Assembly (NCBI GenBank): GCA_045530975.1
Contig: JAZSDB010000189.1
Span: 1-36,901, forward strand
Direction: 5' to 3'
DNA length: 36,901 nucleotides
Origin: Eubacteriales bacterium
Lineage (GTDB): Bacteria > Bacillota > Clostridia > Oscillospirales > CAG-382
The translations under genes were made by a program, and so were the position numbers. The notes under the pieces are model-generated. The model was not told the DNA's origin, made no database searches, and saw only the letters and a list, made by a program, of their open reading frames with translations. Shown piece after piece: positions 1-8,688 of the stretch (its first letter is position 1; each line of letters starts with the position of its first letter).

Positions 1-77
1 GCTTGGCCTCCGACTTTATTTTTTATACGTTTTCCGTAGGACACAGCTTCACTTCCCTTCTGAATAATTTGATTTAC

Positions 78-106
78 AGGTGAACCCGTTATGGGTTCAC
101 CTTTTT
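78..106. terminator. Intrinsic-terminator-like hairpin, possibly bidirectional
   Basis: A perfect 10-bp stem pairs aggtgaaccc (78-87) with gggttcacct (93-102) around a 5-nt loop. A TTTTT run follows on the + strand and an A-run precedes on the - strand. The hairpin starts 2 nt past the stop (105-107) of the 131-aa ORF. The U-tract is on the + side, so it may mainly terminate a convergent + strand gene ending left of about position 83. + frames 2 and 3 are open from the window edge to stops at 65-67 and 81-83. Confidence 0.6.
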
Positions 107-500
107 AATAATTTTCGCAATAAAGTGACAAAGCAACGGCAGGGAAAAATTCGGAGGTATCTACCGCCTCGACAAAGCACCAAAGCTTGATATTGAAATC
201 CAAAAGCCGATTGGGGAAAATTGAGCTTTCGGAGGGTATCAAGCCCAGAAATTCACCCTTTTCATTTAATACCGCAAGCTGGCCGTCCGGTGTTTCACCC
301 TTGGTCACCGTGAGCTTATCTCCAAAATTGAAGACCGGCATTTCACCTTCCCACATAGCTTGGAGAAAAAACAAATCGATAAATACGCCATCTTTATGGA
401 TCTTTTTCTTTACAAAAAGCTTCCAGATTTCATCATAACGGTTTTGCATATCCGATATGGTTATGGGATAGAGCTTTTCCCTTCTTTTAAAAAGCTTCAT
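105..500 (-). CDS. Hypothetical 131-aa protein, third cistron after addA
   Basis: Its ATG (498-500) overlaps the addA TAA (500-502) as TAATG. The gene is followed by the hairpin at 78-102. No motif I can assign firmly. The C-terminal half (GDKLTVTKGETPDGQLAVLNEKGEFLGLIPSE...IKLWCFVEAV) looks like a small beta-barrel. Confidence 0.7.
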   Translation of the reverse strand: MKLFKRREKLYPITISDMQNRYDEIWKLFVKKKIHKDGVFIDLFFLQAMWEGEMPVFNFGDKLTVTKGETPDGQLAVLNEKGEFLGLIPSESSIFPNRLLDFNIKLWCFVEAVDTSEFFPAVALSLYCENY

Positions 501-3500
501 TACAGCGTCACCGCCTCATTCAATGCAAAGGAATAAAGAATGGTTTTGGAAACCGAAGCTCCCGTCATACGCTCTACTGCATTTTTATAGCAATTGAGCT
601 GAACCTTGTGGCGTTCAACAAGCTCTTCGAGAGTTTTCACCCTATCGGTTTTGTAATCAACAACGGTATAGGTACCGTCGGGATTTTGGAAAAAGCAGTC
701 GATAACGCCCTGCACCAAAATCGGCTCGCCGTTTTCGGAAAGAATATCACGGACAGAAAAGCGTTTTTCACGATATACCCTTGGGGATGACTTTATAAGC
801 TGATAAAGGTCGCCAAGGAAGAGTCTCTTTAAAGCGGGAATATCCAGAAGCTGTACCTGCTGTCGGGTAAGCATTCCTCTTTCCAAAAGCCGCATAGCTT
901 CGGTATTTACATCCTTTTCAGCATTGGAAAAATTGCAGAACTGCATAAATTGGTGGTTTGCGGTACCTATTTCGCCTGCATCGAAGGAGGTTTCCCTCGC
1001 AAAGGCGGGTTTTAATGCCACACGGGAGGCGGGCACAGACAGATGACTGCGATTATACTCATCATCCTCCAGCAAGCCCTCACGAAGCTCGGAAACCGAT
1101 ATTTTTGCCGCAGTTGTTACGGCCTTTTCATAGGGATAGCGGAATTTCAGAATATCAAGCATTTCTGCCGTGGGAGCGTATTTCTTTACAGACGCCACCT
1201 CGGGAATATAGCCCTGCTCGCCGTCAGGTTCCTGAATATTAACAAGGGAGAAGCAATTAAATTCACCCTTACTGTGCACATAAAGAGCCATATCCAGCCA
1301 GCTTTTTGCCGTTTCCGCAGTATAGGTCTTGTTACTCCAATCGGTCTGAGCGCATCCCGTTACATAAAGGCGCTCCTGGGCACGAGTGAGAGCAACATAA
1401 AACTTACGCAATTCCTCACCGACGATTGCCTCACGCTCCCTATCCATTGCAATGATATTTGTGGGAGGGTTATAATCGGTAAATCTATTGCTGTCTTTAA
1501 GGCGGAAGGTTATTCCTTCTCGGCGGACAAGCGTAATTCTGTCGCTGTTTTTCATACCTTGAAATTCTCTGTCGGTACAAGCCACAAAGCATACCTTGAA
1601 CTCCAAGCCCTTGGATTTATGGATTGTTATAAAGGAAACTGCATCATTTTCGCCGCCGTTAACCACATCGGAAATAGAGTTGCCGGAACGAGCGAGCTCG
1701 GCAATATAATCCATAAAGCCGGAAAGGCCGTGGTTGGAGGTTTGCTCGAAGCGGCAGGCGTAATTATAGAGCAGAAGCATACTGCACTTGGCACCTGCGG
1801 CAGAGGACAAGCGCATCAAGCCCGATGAAACCAAAAAGTTTTTCAGAAAATCGGAGCAGGTCACACCCATACTTTCGGCACGCCAAAGAAGAATTTTATC
1901 CACAAAGCTACGGCAACGAAGTGATAATCCTCTATCGCCTGCACCTCGTGTGAATTTATAAACTCCCTCATATGCCCTATTGAGCTTGGGGCGCGAAAGC
2001 TTATTAACGGCACTCCAAAAGGAAGAATAGGGAGAATTAAGACGAATTCTGTACAAATCCTGCGAGGTAAAATTGAAAAGCGGACTGCGCATAAGGGCAC
2101 AGAGTGAAATATCATCGGTAGGGTCATCGATGGATTTAAGGGCCGCCATCGCCAATCTTATAGTGGGATTTTCGAGGAAATTTTCACTTTTTTCCTTCTT
2201 ATAGGGGATTCCGTATTTACGGAAGGCCTTTTCGTATTCGATGGAATAACCCTTCATAGCACTGAGCATAACAGCACAGTCGGAAAATTTAATTTTATCG
2301 CCTTCATCGGAGGTCTTGTTTTTTACAAGGTCCAGAATTTCTCTTGCTATAAAGTCAGCTTCGGCCTGACGGGCCTCCTTTGCCATTTTGGGCTGCTTTT
2401 CGGCAACTGCCAAAATTACAGGAGTTTTTAATTCCGGACGGGTAGAGGCATGAACCAGCCATTCACCGTCATATTCCCTTGAATAGGGAGTATTTTCGGT
2501 AACAGATTGGAAGAATAGGTTTACATAATTTATTATAGGCGAATCGCAGCGGAAATTTTCTTTTAAGAAAATGCGGGCATTTTTACCTTCGGATTGGGCA
2601 TCAACATCGGCAAATTCCTCTTTATATCCCAAGAAAATATCGGGATAGGCATTTCTAAAGCGGTAAATACTTTGCTTAACGTCACCTACCATAAAGCGGT
2701 GGCTTGCGCCTGCAAGAAGTGCAAAAATCCTATCCTGCATAGGGTTGACGTCCTGATACTCATCGATAAGTATTTCGCTAAACTCCAGCTGCTTTTTCAG
2801 GCAGAGAGCAGAGGGCACCTTATTGCCGTTTTCGTCTGTATCTTCAAGCAATTCCAAGGTCTTTTGCTCATAATCGGTATAATCGAATATGCCCGCTTCC
2901 TGCTTCAGAGCGCTGTATTCCCTTTCAAGTGCAGAAAGGAAAAGCGAAATTTCATCTACCATATCTGCACATTTTTCAAAGGAATCGGCAATAAAGGATT
3001 CGGTTCCGAAATAATATCTTGCACGAAGCTTTTTAAGAGCTTCCGCAATATCGTGCTTTTGATCCTTGATAATATTGCGGCTTTCTTCATCGCATCCTCG
3101 GGATTCCAGCTTGATAGTTTGTATCGACTCATAGGACGCAGAAGCAAAGTTTACATAATTTATATCAATAGAACGATATACGTTTTCGCACACCTTACAG
3201 AAGGCCTCTATCGGAGCCAGATATTTATCCTCCTCGGCCACCGAAGAAGCAAAGGCAAAAAGATCCGAAGCGGCTGTTGCCAATTCTCCGTACAAGGTCT
3301 TTATGCGGTTTTTAATCTCTGCGCCAGCCTGCGAGGCAAAAAAGCCCTCGGTTCGGGTTATTTCGCCATCACGACGAAGCTTTGCGCTATAATCGGAAAG
3401 CATTTCCTTCCAGCCGATGGTAACACGGAGAGAATGGAACAAGCTTATCATTTTACTTACAATGCCTGCATCGCTTTTACCGTCAGAAAAATTATCAGAG

Positions 3501-3994
3501 AGCCGCAAAAAGGTTTCTCTTCCCTCCTCGTAGCCATCGGCCATAACCTTTTCGGCAGCACGGTTGAGAAGAAGGAGAGATTCGGTTTCGTCGGCAACAC
3601 GGATGCGGGGAGAAATTCCCAGCGATGCAAAATTTTCTTTTACAAAGGAAATACAGTAAGAGGAAATTGTAGATATATTGGCCTCATTTACAAGCAAAAG
3701 CTGGTGTTCCAAGCGTTCGCTCATATCACTATCCTCACCGCACTCCTTGGCCAATGCTTCGTAAAGCTTTCTTTTGATATCTGCCGCAGCGGAATTCATA
3801 AAGGTTACAACAAGGAAATCGGTGACGCTTTTTCCTGCCTTTATCTGTTCGATCAGGCGTTTGGTCAGGACAGTGGTTTTACCGCTTCCTGCACCTGCAC
3901 TAACAATAATATCCTTATTTTTGAGATATATGGCCTGTGTCTGTGCAGGAGTGAAGTTAGGGGAGCTTTCAGTTTTCGGTTTCGTCATATTCAC
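500..3994 (-). CDS. addA: ATP-dependent helicase/nuclease subunit A (AddA)
   Basis: UvrD-type helicase with Walker A GAGSGKT. The C-terminal RecB-family nuclease motif is GVIDCFF...VVDYKTD. Length is 1164 aa and it overlaps addB by 26 nt. The first codon is GTG (3992-3994), 6 nt after an AGGAGGAGGAAG Shine-Dalgarno (SD). An ATG two codons later (3988) is an alternative start. Confidence 0.95.
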   Translation of the reverse strand: MNMTKPKTESSPNFTPAQTQAIYLKNKDIIVSAGAGSGKTTVLTKRLIEQIKAGKSVTDFLVVTFMNSAAADIKRKLYEALAKECGEDSDMSERLEHQLLLVNEANISTISSYCISFVKENFASLGISPRIRVADETESLLLLNRAAEKVMADGYEEGRETFLRLSDNFSDGKSDAGIVSKMISLFHSLRVTIGWKEMLSDYSAKLRRDGEITRTEGFFASQAGAEIKNRIKTLYGELATAASDLFAFASSVAEEDKYLAPIEAFCKVCENVYRSIDINYVNFASASYESIQTIKLESRGCDEESRNIIKDQKHDIAEALKKLRARYYFGTESFIADSFEKCADMVDEISLFLSALEREYSALKQEAGIFDYTDYEQKTLELLEDTDENGNKVPSALCLKKQLEFSEILIDEYQDVNPMQDRIFALLAGASHRFMVGDVKQSIYRFRNAYPDIFLGYKEEFADVDAQSEGKNARIFLKENFRCDSPIINYVNLFFQSVTENTPYSREYDGEWLVHASTRPELKTPVILAVAEKQPKMAKEARQAEADFIAREILDLVKNKTSDEGDKIKFSDCAVMLSAMKGYSIEYEKAFRKYGIPYKKEKSENFLENPTIRLAMAALKSIDDPTDDISLCALMRSPLFNFTSQDLYRIRLNSPYSSFWSAVNKLSRPKLNRAYEGVYKFTRGAGDRGLSLRCRSFVDKILLWRAESMGVTCSDFLKNFLVSSGLMRLSSAAGAKCSMLLLYNYACRFEQTSNHGLSGFMDYIAELARSGNSISDVVNGGENDAVSFITIHKSKGLEFKVCFVACTDREFQGMKNSDRITLVRREGITFRLKDSNRFTDYNPPTNIIAMDREREAIVGEELRKFYVALTRAQERLYVTGCAQTDWSNKTYTAETAKSWLDMALYVHSKGEFNCFSLVNIQEPDGEQGYIPEVASVKKYAPTAEMLDILKFRYPYEKAVTTAAKISVSELREGLLEDDEYNRSHLSVPASRVALKPAFARETSFDAGEIGTANHQFMQFCNFSNAEKDVNTEAMRLLERGMLTRQQVQLLDIPALKRLFLGDLYQLIKSSPRVYREKRFSVRDILSENGEPILVQGVIDCFFQNPDGTYTVVDYKTDRVKTLEELVERHKVQLNCYKNAVERMTGASVSKTILYSFALNEAVTL

Positions 3995-6900
3995 TTTCTT
4001 CCTCCTCCTTTAAATTCTTAATTCGACACATATCGCCAAAGCTGCAATACTGGCAGGGCTTCTTTTTTCCGTCACAATCGTTGGGAGCGATGTTCATAGA
4101 ACCGCTGAAAATATTGTGAGAAAGATCCTGAACCTGCTGTGAAAGCTGTTGGGAAAGCTGATCAAAACCCTCTTCGGACAGCAATTTTCCACTTTTACGA
4201 AGGCCTGTTGAGGTTTTTGATACCGGCACGTGGCGGCAATCGGGGCTCATTGCAAAAACAATATCCTTATCGTCAATCAAAATGCCGTCACGGGTAATGT
4301 TTTTGATAAGCAATTCTCTCAGCTCTTCCTCGGTTTCACCGCCGTTTACAGTTACCGACGGCAGTACAACATTATAGTACATAGCGCCTGCCGGCTTGCC
4401 GTTATTCTTCTCACAGAAGGCAAAGAGATAATGAAGAAGCTGAGTATCCAGTCCTTGCGCTACCAAATCGAGAGAAAAGCCCTTATTGTAGGTTTTGTAA
4501 TCGATAACACGAACATATTTTTGTCCGTCCTTCTCGTAAACATCCACACGGTCGATAGATCCGCGGAGCAATACTCTTTTGCCGTCGACGGTATAACGGA
4601 TAGCAGGAATGTCCTCATTATCGCCAAGCCCTATTTTATATTCAAAGCCGTGAGGAATGAATTTGCTATCGGAAAATTCATCACATAGGCAATCGGCAAC
4701 AAAGGAAACTATTTTTAACATTTTGCGGTAGGAGTGCATAAAGCGTTTATCCTCCTGCGCATCGTTGCCGATGACCTTGTCCAGATAGCGTTGAGCTTCT
4801 TCTTTTATAATTTGCTCTCTTTCGGTTTTATCGGGACAGTTGAAAATGCCGTTGGAGATACATTTTTTCATAAACTGTTCTAACAACTTATGGGCGGCAT
4901 TGCCTATTTCCCTGCCTGCAAATTCATTTAGCTTCTTTTCCTGTAATCTTAAAATATATCTGCCGAAATATGAAAAGGGGCAGCAGATATATTTTTCGAA
5001 AGTAGATGGAGAAAGCTTGAGCTCCTCTGCTTTATATTCTATTTCCGAAATGGGCTGACAGATTGCCGGCTCTTCACTGCAATAGGAAACACCCAGAGTA
5101 TCCATGGCTTCTTCTATACTATCCTTAATGTCCCCATCTATAAGCCAAGGGAAATAGGAGGCAATTGCCTCACCGGAATAGAGCATATTGTCCTCAGTGA
5201 ATTCTTTAATTTTCACATCGGGGAACATTTTATCGATGGCAAACCACGCCATAGACGGGCGCAATTCCTCACCGCTGAGCTCACTTTTGGGATAGGAAAC
5301 CACCAGCTTTGATTTGGGTGCCGTAAAGGCGGTATAAACCAAAAATCTATTGGTAATAAGCTGTTTTTCCACTGTGTCGGCAAGAACAAGGTCGGCTTCC
5401 TCCAGCTTGGTTGCCTCTACACGGTTGAAGAAGCTGTTAACTCCTGCGGATGAAGGAAATTCACCGTCACAAAGCCCTAAAACTATTACCATATTGCTAT
5501 TTCCTGCACGTATGAGAGATGCATCGCCAAAGGTAACGGAATCGGCAGATGGAGGAATAGCTCCGAGAGAATAGCAATCGCACATAAGGCGAATAAGTGA
5601 CATAAAGCGCTTTGCCGTAACCTCTCTATCACCGCAAAGACGGTCCATCTGGTCGATAATATTTATAAGCAGCTTCCAAAGCTGAATTTCACGTTCGCTT
5701 TTTTCTCTATCGCCGTTTTTGAGTATAATCTCTGCATTCTCACGTAATTTTTCATTGGCGTTTAAGTTTACCAAATGGTTATACAAAGCACGGAGCGCCT
5801 GAGAAACCGTGAGATTTTTCTGCATAAGGTCATCACGGAGCTGAGAAAGAGGTTCTGCCACCTTTTTTCTGGCGGCATTAACTATTTTCAGTGTCTTTAC
5901 ACTGCTTAACGAAAGGTCCCCCTCGGTGTATCCATCGGGGTCAAGGGTCCATTCCTCGTTGCCATACCAAGCTTTTCCTCTTAACTTCCAAGAAGCCGCA
6001 TAGCTGAGAAGAGCATCGGCTTCTCTTACGGACAAACCCGAAAAGCCGCTTTTTACATAGCGCTTCACACTACGGAGAGAAAAGTCTTCCGCAACAACGG
6101 CAAGGGATGCAATTACAAAGGAAAACAGCCCCTTTGATTCAAGAGGTTCCTTTGCGGAAATATACACGGGAATACCTGCCCGAGAAAAAACGGCATCTAC
6201 AATAGGACGATAGCTGTCGGCATTGCCTGCAATAACGGCAATATCCTTATAACGTCCTCCCTTTCGCACATAATTCAATATTTCTGCCGCCGCAGACTCC
6301 ACCTCATCAAAGCGGTTTTTTGCGGTTACAAGCGCTATGGAGCCGTCATCACCGGATAAAGCTTCTGCTTTATTGCCAAAGATATTCTTTTCCAAATGCT
6401 TTAAATACAGAGAATTAAAACGCTTCGGGCGGTCAAAAATTACAGGTTGGGCTATATCCGCAAAGCGTTCCTTAACCCTTTTCAGCGCTTTTTCATTTTC
6501 GGAGAAAAGAAAGCGAGAGTCGCCTACGGTAAAGGATATATATGTATCCTGGCTTTGGCGGATAATTTCTTTGATGATAGCATATTCCTGCTCGGTGAAG
6601 GTATAATAACCATCTATAAAAACTGCGCAGTTTTTGAAAAACGGCTTATCATCAAGCTCCTTTGCCAGAATGGTGAGAGCATCACGGGGGTCCGACAAAT
6701 CATCCTTAAAGCACTTTTCGTATTGGGAATAAATCAGCGCAATATCCTTGATTTTTTCGGAAAGCTGTGTATCGCTGATATTTTGTGAATTTGCCAAAAG
6801 CTTCTCGGGGGAAATCATCCCCATTTTCATACGGTGGATGAGAGCAAGGAGCGATTGTGCGAAATCTACATTTGCGGCAACGGCAGAATATTGGGTTAGT

Positions 6901-7205
6901 TTGTCCTTAAGCGATTCTGCTATAACCGACAAAAGGGCGCAAGCGCCCCCTTTATCAATATTATTAACCACCAATCCGCCGAAATCTCTTGCGATTCGGT
7001 TAGGCAGACGTTCAAAATTGAGAATTTCGCAATAAAGGTTGGAGCTGTCGCCAAAACGGCGGCACACCTCCGATTCGTAATCAACCGATTGCTGTTCAGG
7101 CACAATTACATAGCACCGTATGCCCTTTTTTACAGCATCGCCCAAGCGCTCCATTATATATTCGGTTTTGCCGCTTCCCGAAGGTCCGATAATAGGATGT
7201 AGCAT
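3969..7205 (-). CDS. addB: ATP-dependent helicase/nuclease subunit B (AddB)
   Basis: N-terminal P-loop GPSGSGKT. The C-terminal nuclease domain has the cysteine pattern of the AddB iron-sulfur staple (CCPFSYF ... CQYCSFGDMC). Length is 1078 aa and it lies immediately upstream of addA. Confidence 0.93.
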   Translation of the reverse strand: MLHPIIGPSGSGKTEYIMERLGDAVKKGIRCYVIVPEQQSVDYESEVCRRFGDSSNLYCEILNFERLPNRIARDFGGLVVNNIDKGGACALLSVIAESLKDKLTQYSAVAANVDFAQSLLALIHRMKMGMISPEKLLANSQNISDTQLSEKIKDIALIYSQYEKCFKDDLSDPRDALTILAKELDDKPFFKNCAVFIDGYYTFTEQEYAIIKEIIRQSQDTYISFTVGDSRFLFSENEKALKRVKERFADIAQPVIFDRPKRFNSLYLKHLEKNIFGNKAEALSGDDGSIALVTAKNRFDEVESAAAEILNYVRKGGRYKDIAVIAGNADSYRPIVDAVFSRAGIPVYISAKEPLESKGLFSFVIASLAVVAEDFSLRSVKRYVKSGFSGLSVREADALLSYAASWKLRGKAWYGNEEWTLDPDGYTEGDLSLSSVKTLKIVNAARKKVAEPLSQLRDDLMQKNLTVSQALRALYNHLVNLNANEKLRENAEIILKNGDREKSEREIQLWKLLINIIDQMDRLCGDREVTAKRFMSLIRLMCDCYSLGAIPPSADSVTFGDASLIRAGNSNMVIVLGLCDGEFPSSAGVNSFFNRVEATKLEEADLVLADTVEKQLITNRFLVYTAFTAPKSKLVVSYPKSELSGEELRPSMAWFAIDKMFPDVKIKEFTEDNMLYSGEAIASYFPWLIDGDIKDSIEEAMDTLGVSYCSEEPAICQPISEIEYKAEELKLSPSTFEKYICCPFSYFGRYILRLQEKKLNEFAGREIGNAAHKLLEQFMKKCISNGIFNCPDKTEREQIIKEEAQRYLDKVIGNDAQEDKRFMHSYRKMLKIVSFVADCLCDEFSDSKFIPHGFEYKIGLGDNEDIPAIRYTVDGKRVLLRGSIDRVDVYEKDGQKYVRVIDYKTYNKGFSLDLVAQGLDTQLLHYLFAFCEKNNGKPAGAMYYNVVLPSVTVNGGETEEELRELLIKNITRDGILIDDKDIVFAMSPDCRHVPVSKTSTGLRKSGKLLSEEGFDQLSQQLSQQVQDLSHNIFSGSMNIAPNDCDGKKKPCQYCSFGDMCRIKNLKEEEESEYDETEN

Positions 7206-7211
7206 ATATTT

Positions 7212-7781
7212 TCACCTGAACCATTCTAAAAATTTGAAACGCAGGATATACCGTTTTTCGGTGAAAACCGGTGTATCGTTTTGATTTATGCCCGCACTTG
7301 ACAGGTCGTCCTTGGCGGCATTGGTACACAATGGCGGAAAGAGAACACACCACCAATTACGTCCTTCGCCCTCGCCCAGCATAACCCGCAAGGAACGGTA
7401 GGTACCGGCGGGGAGGGTGAAGCCATCATAAACACGGGTGGGGTATTTTTCCATACCTATTTTTGCAACGGCGGTATAGCTCATACCGTTTTCTTTAAGT
7501 ACACGGCTTGCAATACCTTCGATATGAGGTAAATTTGCCTCCAACTCTGCCACAGCGGTATTCACATCGCCATTATAGGAAAAAAGGTCACCGCATTCAT
7601 CAAGCAATGCATCCCGCACCTTTAATTTGACAGACTGTGCTTCTTCGCTGTTATCCTCCGCCAAAATATGCAGACGTATAACATTATCGAAGATTTCTCC
7701 TTCACTGCGCGGGATTATCATATCCACCACAGTGAGAAGGATGAAGCAGGCACAAAACAGAGCTAAAATTTTTGTTTTCAT
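7212..7781 (-). CDS. spoIIR: Stage II sporulation protein R (SpoIIR)
   Basis: N-terminal hydrophobic signal/anchor followed by IRLHILAEDNSEEAQSVKLKVRDALL and GEGEGRNWWCVLFPPLC. Both are hallmark SpoIIR motifs. Confidence 0.9.
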   Translation of the reverse strand: MKTKILALFCACFILLTVVDMIIPRSEGEIFDNVIRLHILAEDNSEEAQSVKLKVRDALLDECGDLFSYNGDVNTAVAELEANLPHIEGIASRVLKENGMSYTAVAKIGMEKYPTRVYDGFTLPAGTYRSLRVMLGEGEGRNWWCVLFPPLCTNAAKDDLSSAGINQNDTPVFTEKRYILRFKFLEWFR

Positions 7782-7784
7782 AAC

Positions 7785-7832
7785 ATTTCTCCTTTCGCTT
7801 TGACTTGATTATGAGCCAACAAAAGGAGAAAT
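7785..7832 (-). promoter_or_regulatory. SD-sequestering stem-loop upstream of spoIIR
   Basis: A perfect 11-bp inverted repeat: + strand atttctccttt (7785-7795) and aaaggagaaat (7822-7832), with a 26-nt loop. On the - strand RNA the 3' arm AAAGGAGAAAT is the spoIIR SD (GGAG 7 nt before the ATG at 7781). The 5' arm is its exact complement. No U-tract follows. Confidence 0.5.
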
Positions 7833-7845
7833 ATTCAAAAAATTA

Positions 7846-8688
7846 TTATTTTACCAAAGTGGTACAATTATACGCAGAAAAACCTTTGCTCTTCATATAC
7901 AGAGCACCCTTGATTGCACTTTCCTCATCGGCAAAAAGGCCGTAAACAGAAGGTCCGCTGCCCGAAAGGCGTGAAATGATAGCTCCGCCCTCAAGCATTA
8001 ACTCTCTCATAAGCTTGGTTTCGGGACAGATAATATCGGTTACAAGCTCAAAGGAATTGCTTACATTGGAAAGCATTTCCGCTTCGTTGTCATCTGCGAG
8101 AGCTTGCACAAAGGCAGGACTTTTTTCAGCAGGAGAAGCCGATAGGTCATCAAAGCGTCTGTACACCTCTGCGGTGGAAAGACGGGAATCTCCTATGGAA
8201 ATAACCACGTGGTATGCTTTTTTCATTGTGAGTGGTGTGAGAAGCTCTCCCCTGCCCCTGCACAAGGCAGGACTGCCGAAAAGGCAGAAGGGCACGTCCG
8301 AGCCGACAGAGGCGGCTATATCAAACAGCTCTTGCTCCGATAAGGGGTTGCAAAAAAGCTCATTCAAGCCCTTGATAACCGCCGCAGCATCGGAGCTTCC
8401 GCCGCCCAATCCTGCAGGAAAAGGAATATTCTTTTCCAGATAAATTGAAGCAGATTGCTGCACACCCGAGCGCTGAAAGAAGGCCTTTGCACTACGGACA
8501 CAAAGGTTGTCCTCGGTGCACAGCGCCGGCAGGTTGCATTGGAAGGAAAAGCTATCTGACTTTTCTATGGTAATATTATCGGCCAGAGAAACAGGCACCA
8601 TCACCGAGGAAATGGCGTGATATCCATCGGGACGAAGGCCTGTTATATCCAGCGTGAGATTGATTTTCGCGTATGCTTTTATCATCAT
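7846..8688 (-). CDS. ispE: 4-diphosphocytidyl-2-C-methyl-D-erythritol kinase (IspE)
   Basis: KINLTLDITGLRPDGYH N-terminus and GHMP-kinase motif PFPAGLGGGSSDAAA. Length is 280 aa. Confidence 0.93.
   Translation of the reverse strand: MMIKAYAKINLTLDITGLRPDGYHAISSVMVPVSLADNITIEKSDSFSFQCNLPALCTEDNLCVRSAKAFFQRSGVQQSASIYLEKNIPFPAGLGGGSSDAAAVIKGLNELFCNPLSEQELFDIAASVGSDVPFCLFGSPALCRGRGELLTPLTMKKAYHVVISIGDSRLSTAEVYRRFDDLSASPAEKSPAFVQALADDNEAEMLSNVSNSFELVTDIICPETKLMRELMLEGGAIISRLSGSGPSVYGLFADEESAIKGALYMKSKGFSAYNCTTLVK

Noticed and set aside
1-83. Open + strand frames at the left edge (frame 2 to the stop at 65-67, frame 3 to the stop at 81-83), suggesting the 3' end of a convergent gene.
   Set aside because: At most 27 codons are visible and there is no recognisable sequence, so no gene can be called. 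The possibility is noted only in the terminator annotation. A GGAGG on the - strand at 8-12 could equally be the SD of a further - strand gene beginning left of the window.
1896-1904. A perfect DnaA-box 9-mer, ttatccaca, with a near-match ttatccacg around 34788.
   Set aside because: These are isolated single boxes inside coding sequence (addA and dinB). There is no cluster, AT-rich unwinding element or dnaA/dnaN context. About 0.3 perfect matches are expected by chance in a window of this size.
7785-7832. The 11-bp inverted repeat between ispE and spoIIR read as an intrinsic terminator.
   Set aside because: No U-tract follows the stem on the - strand (GUUAUGAAAAC follows), and the 3' arm is the spoIIR SD itself. 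I interpret it as a translational structure and report it as a finding.
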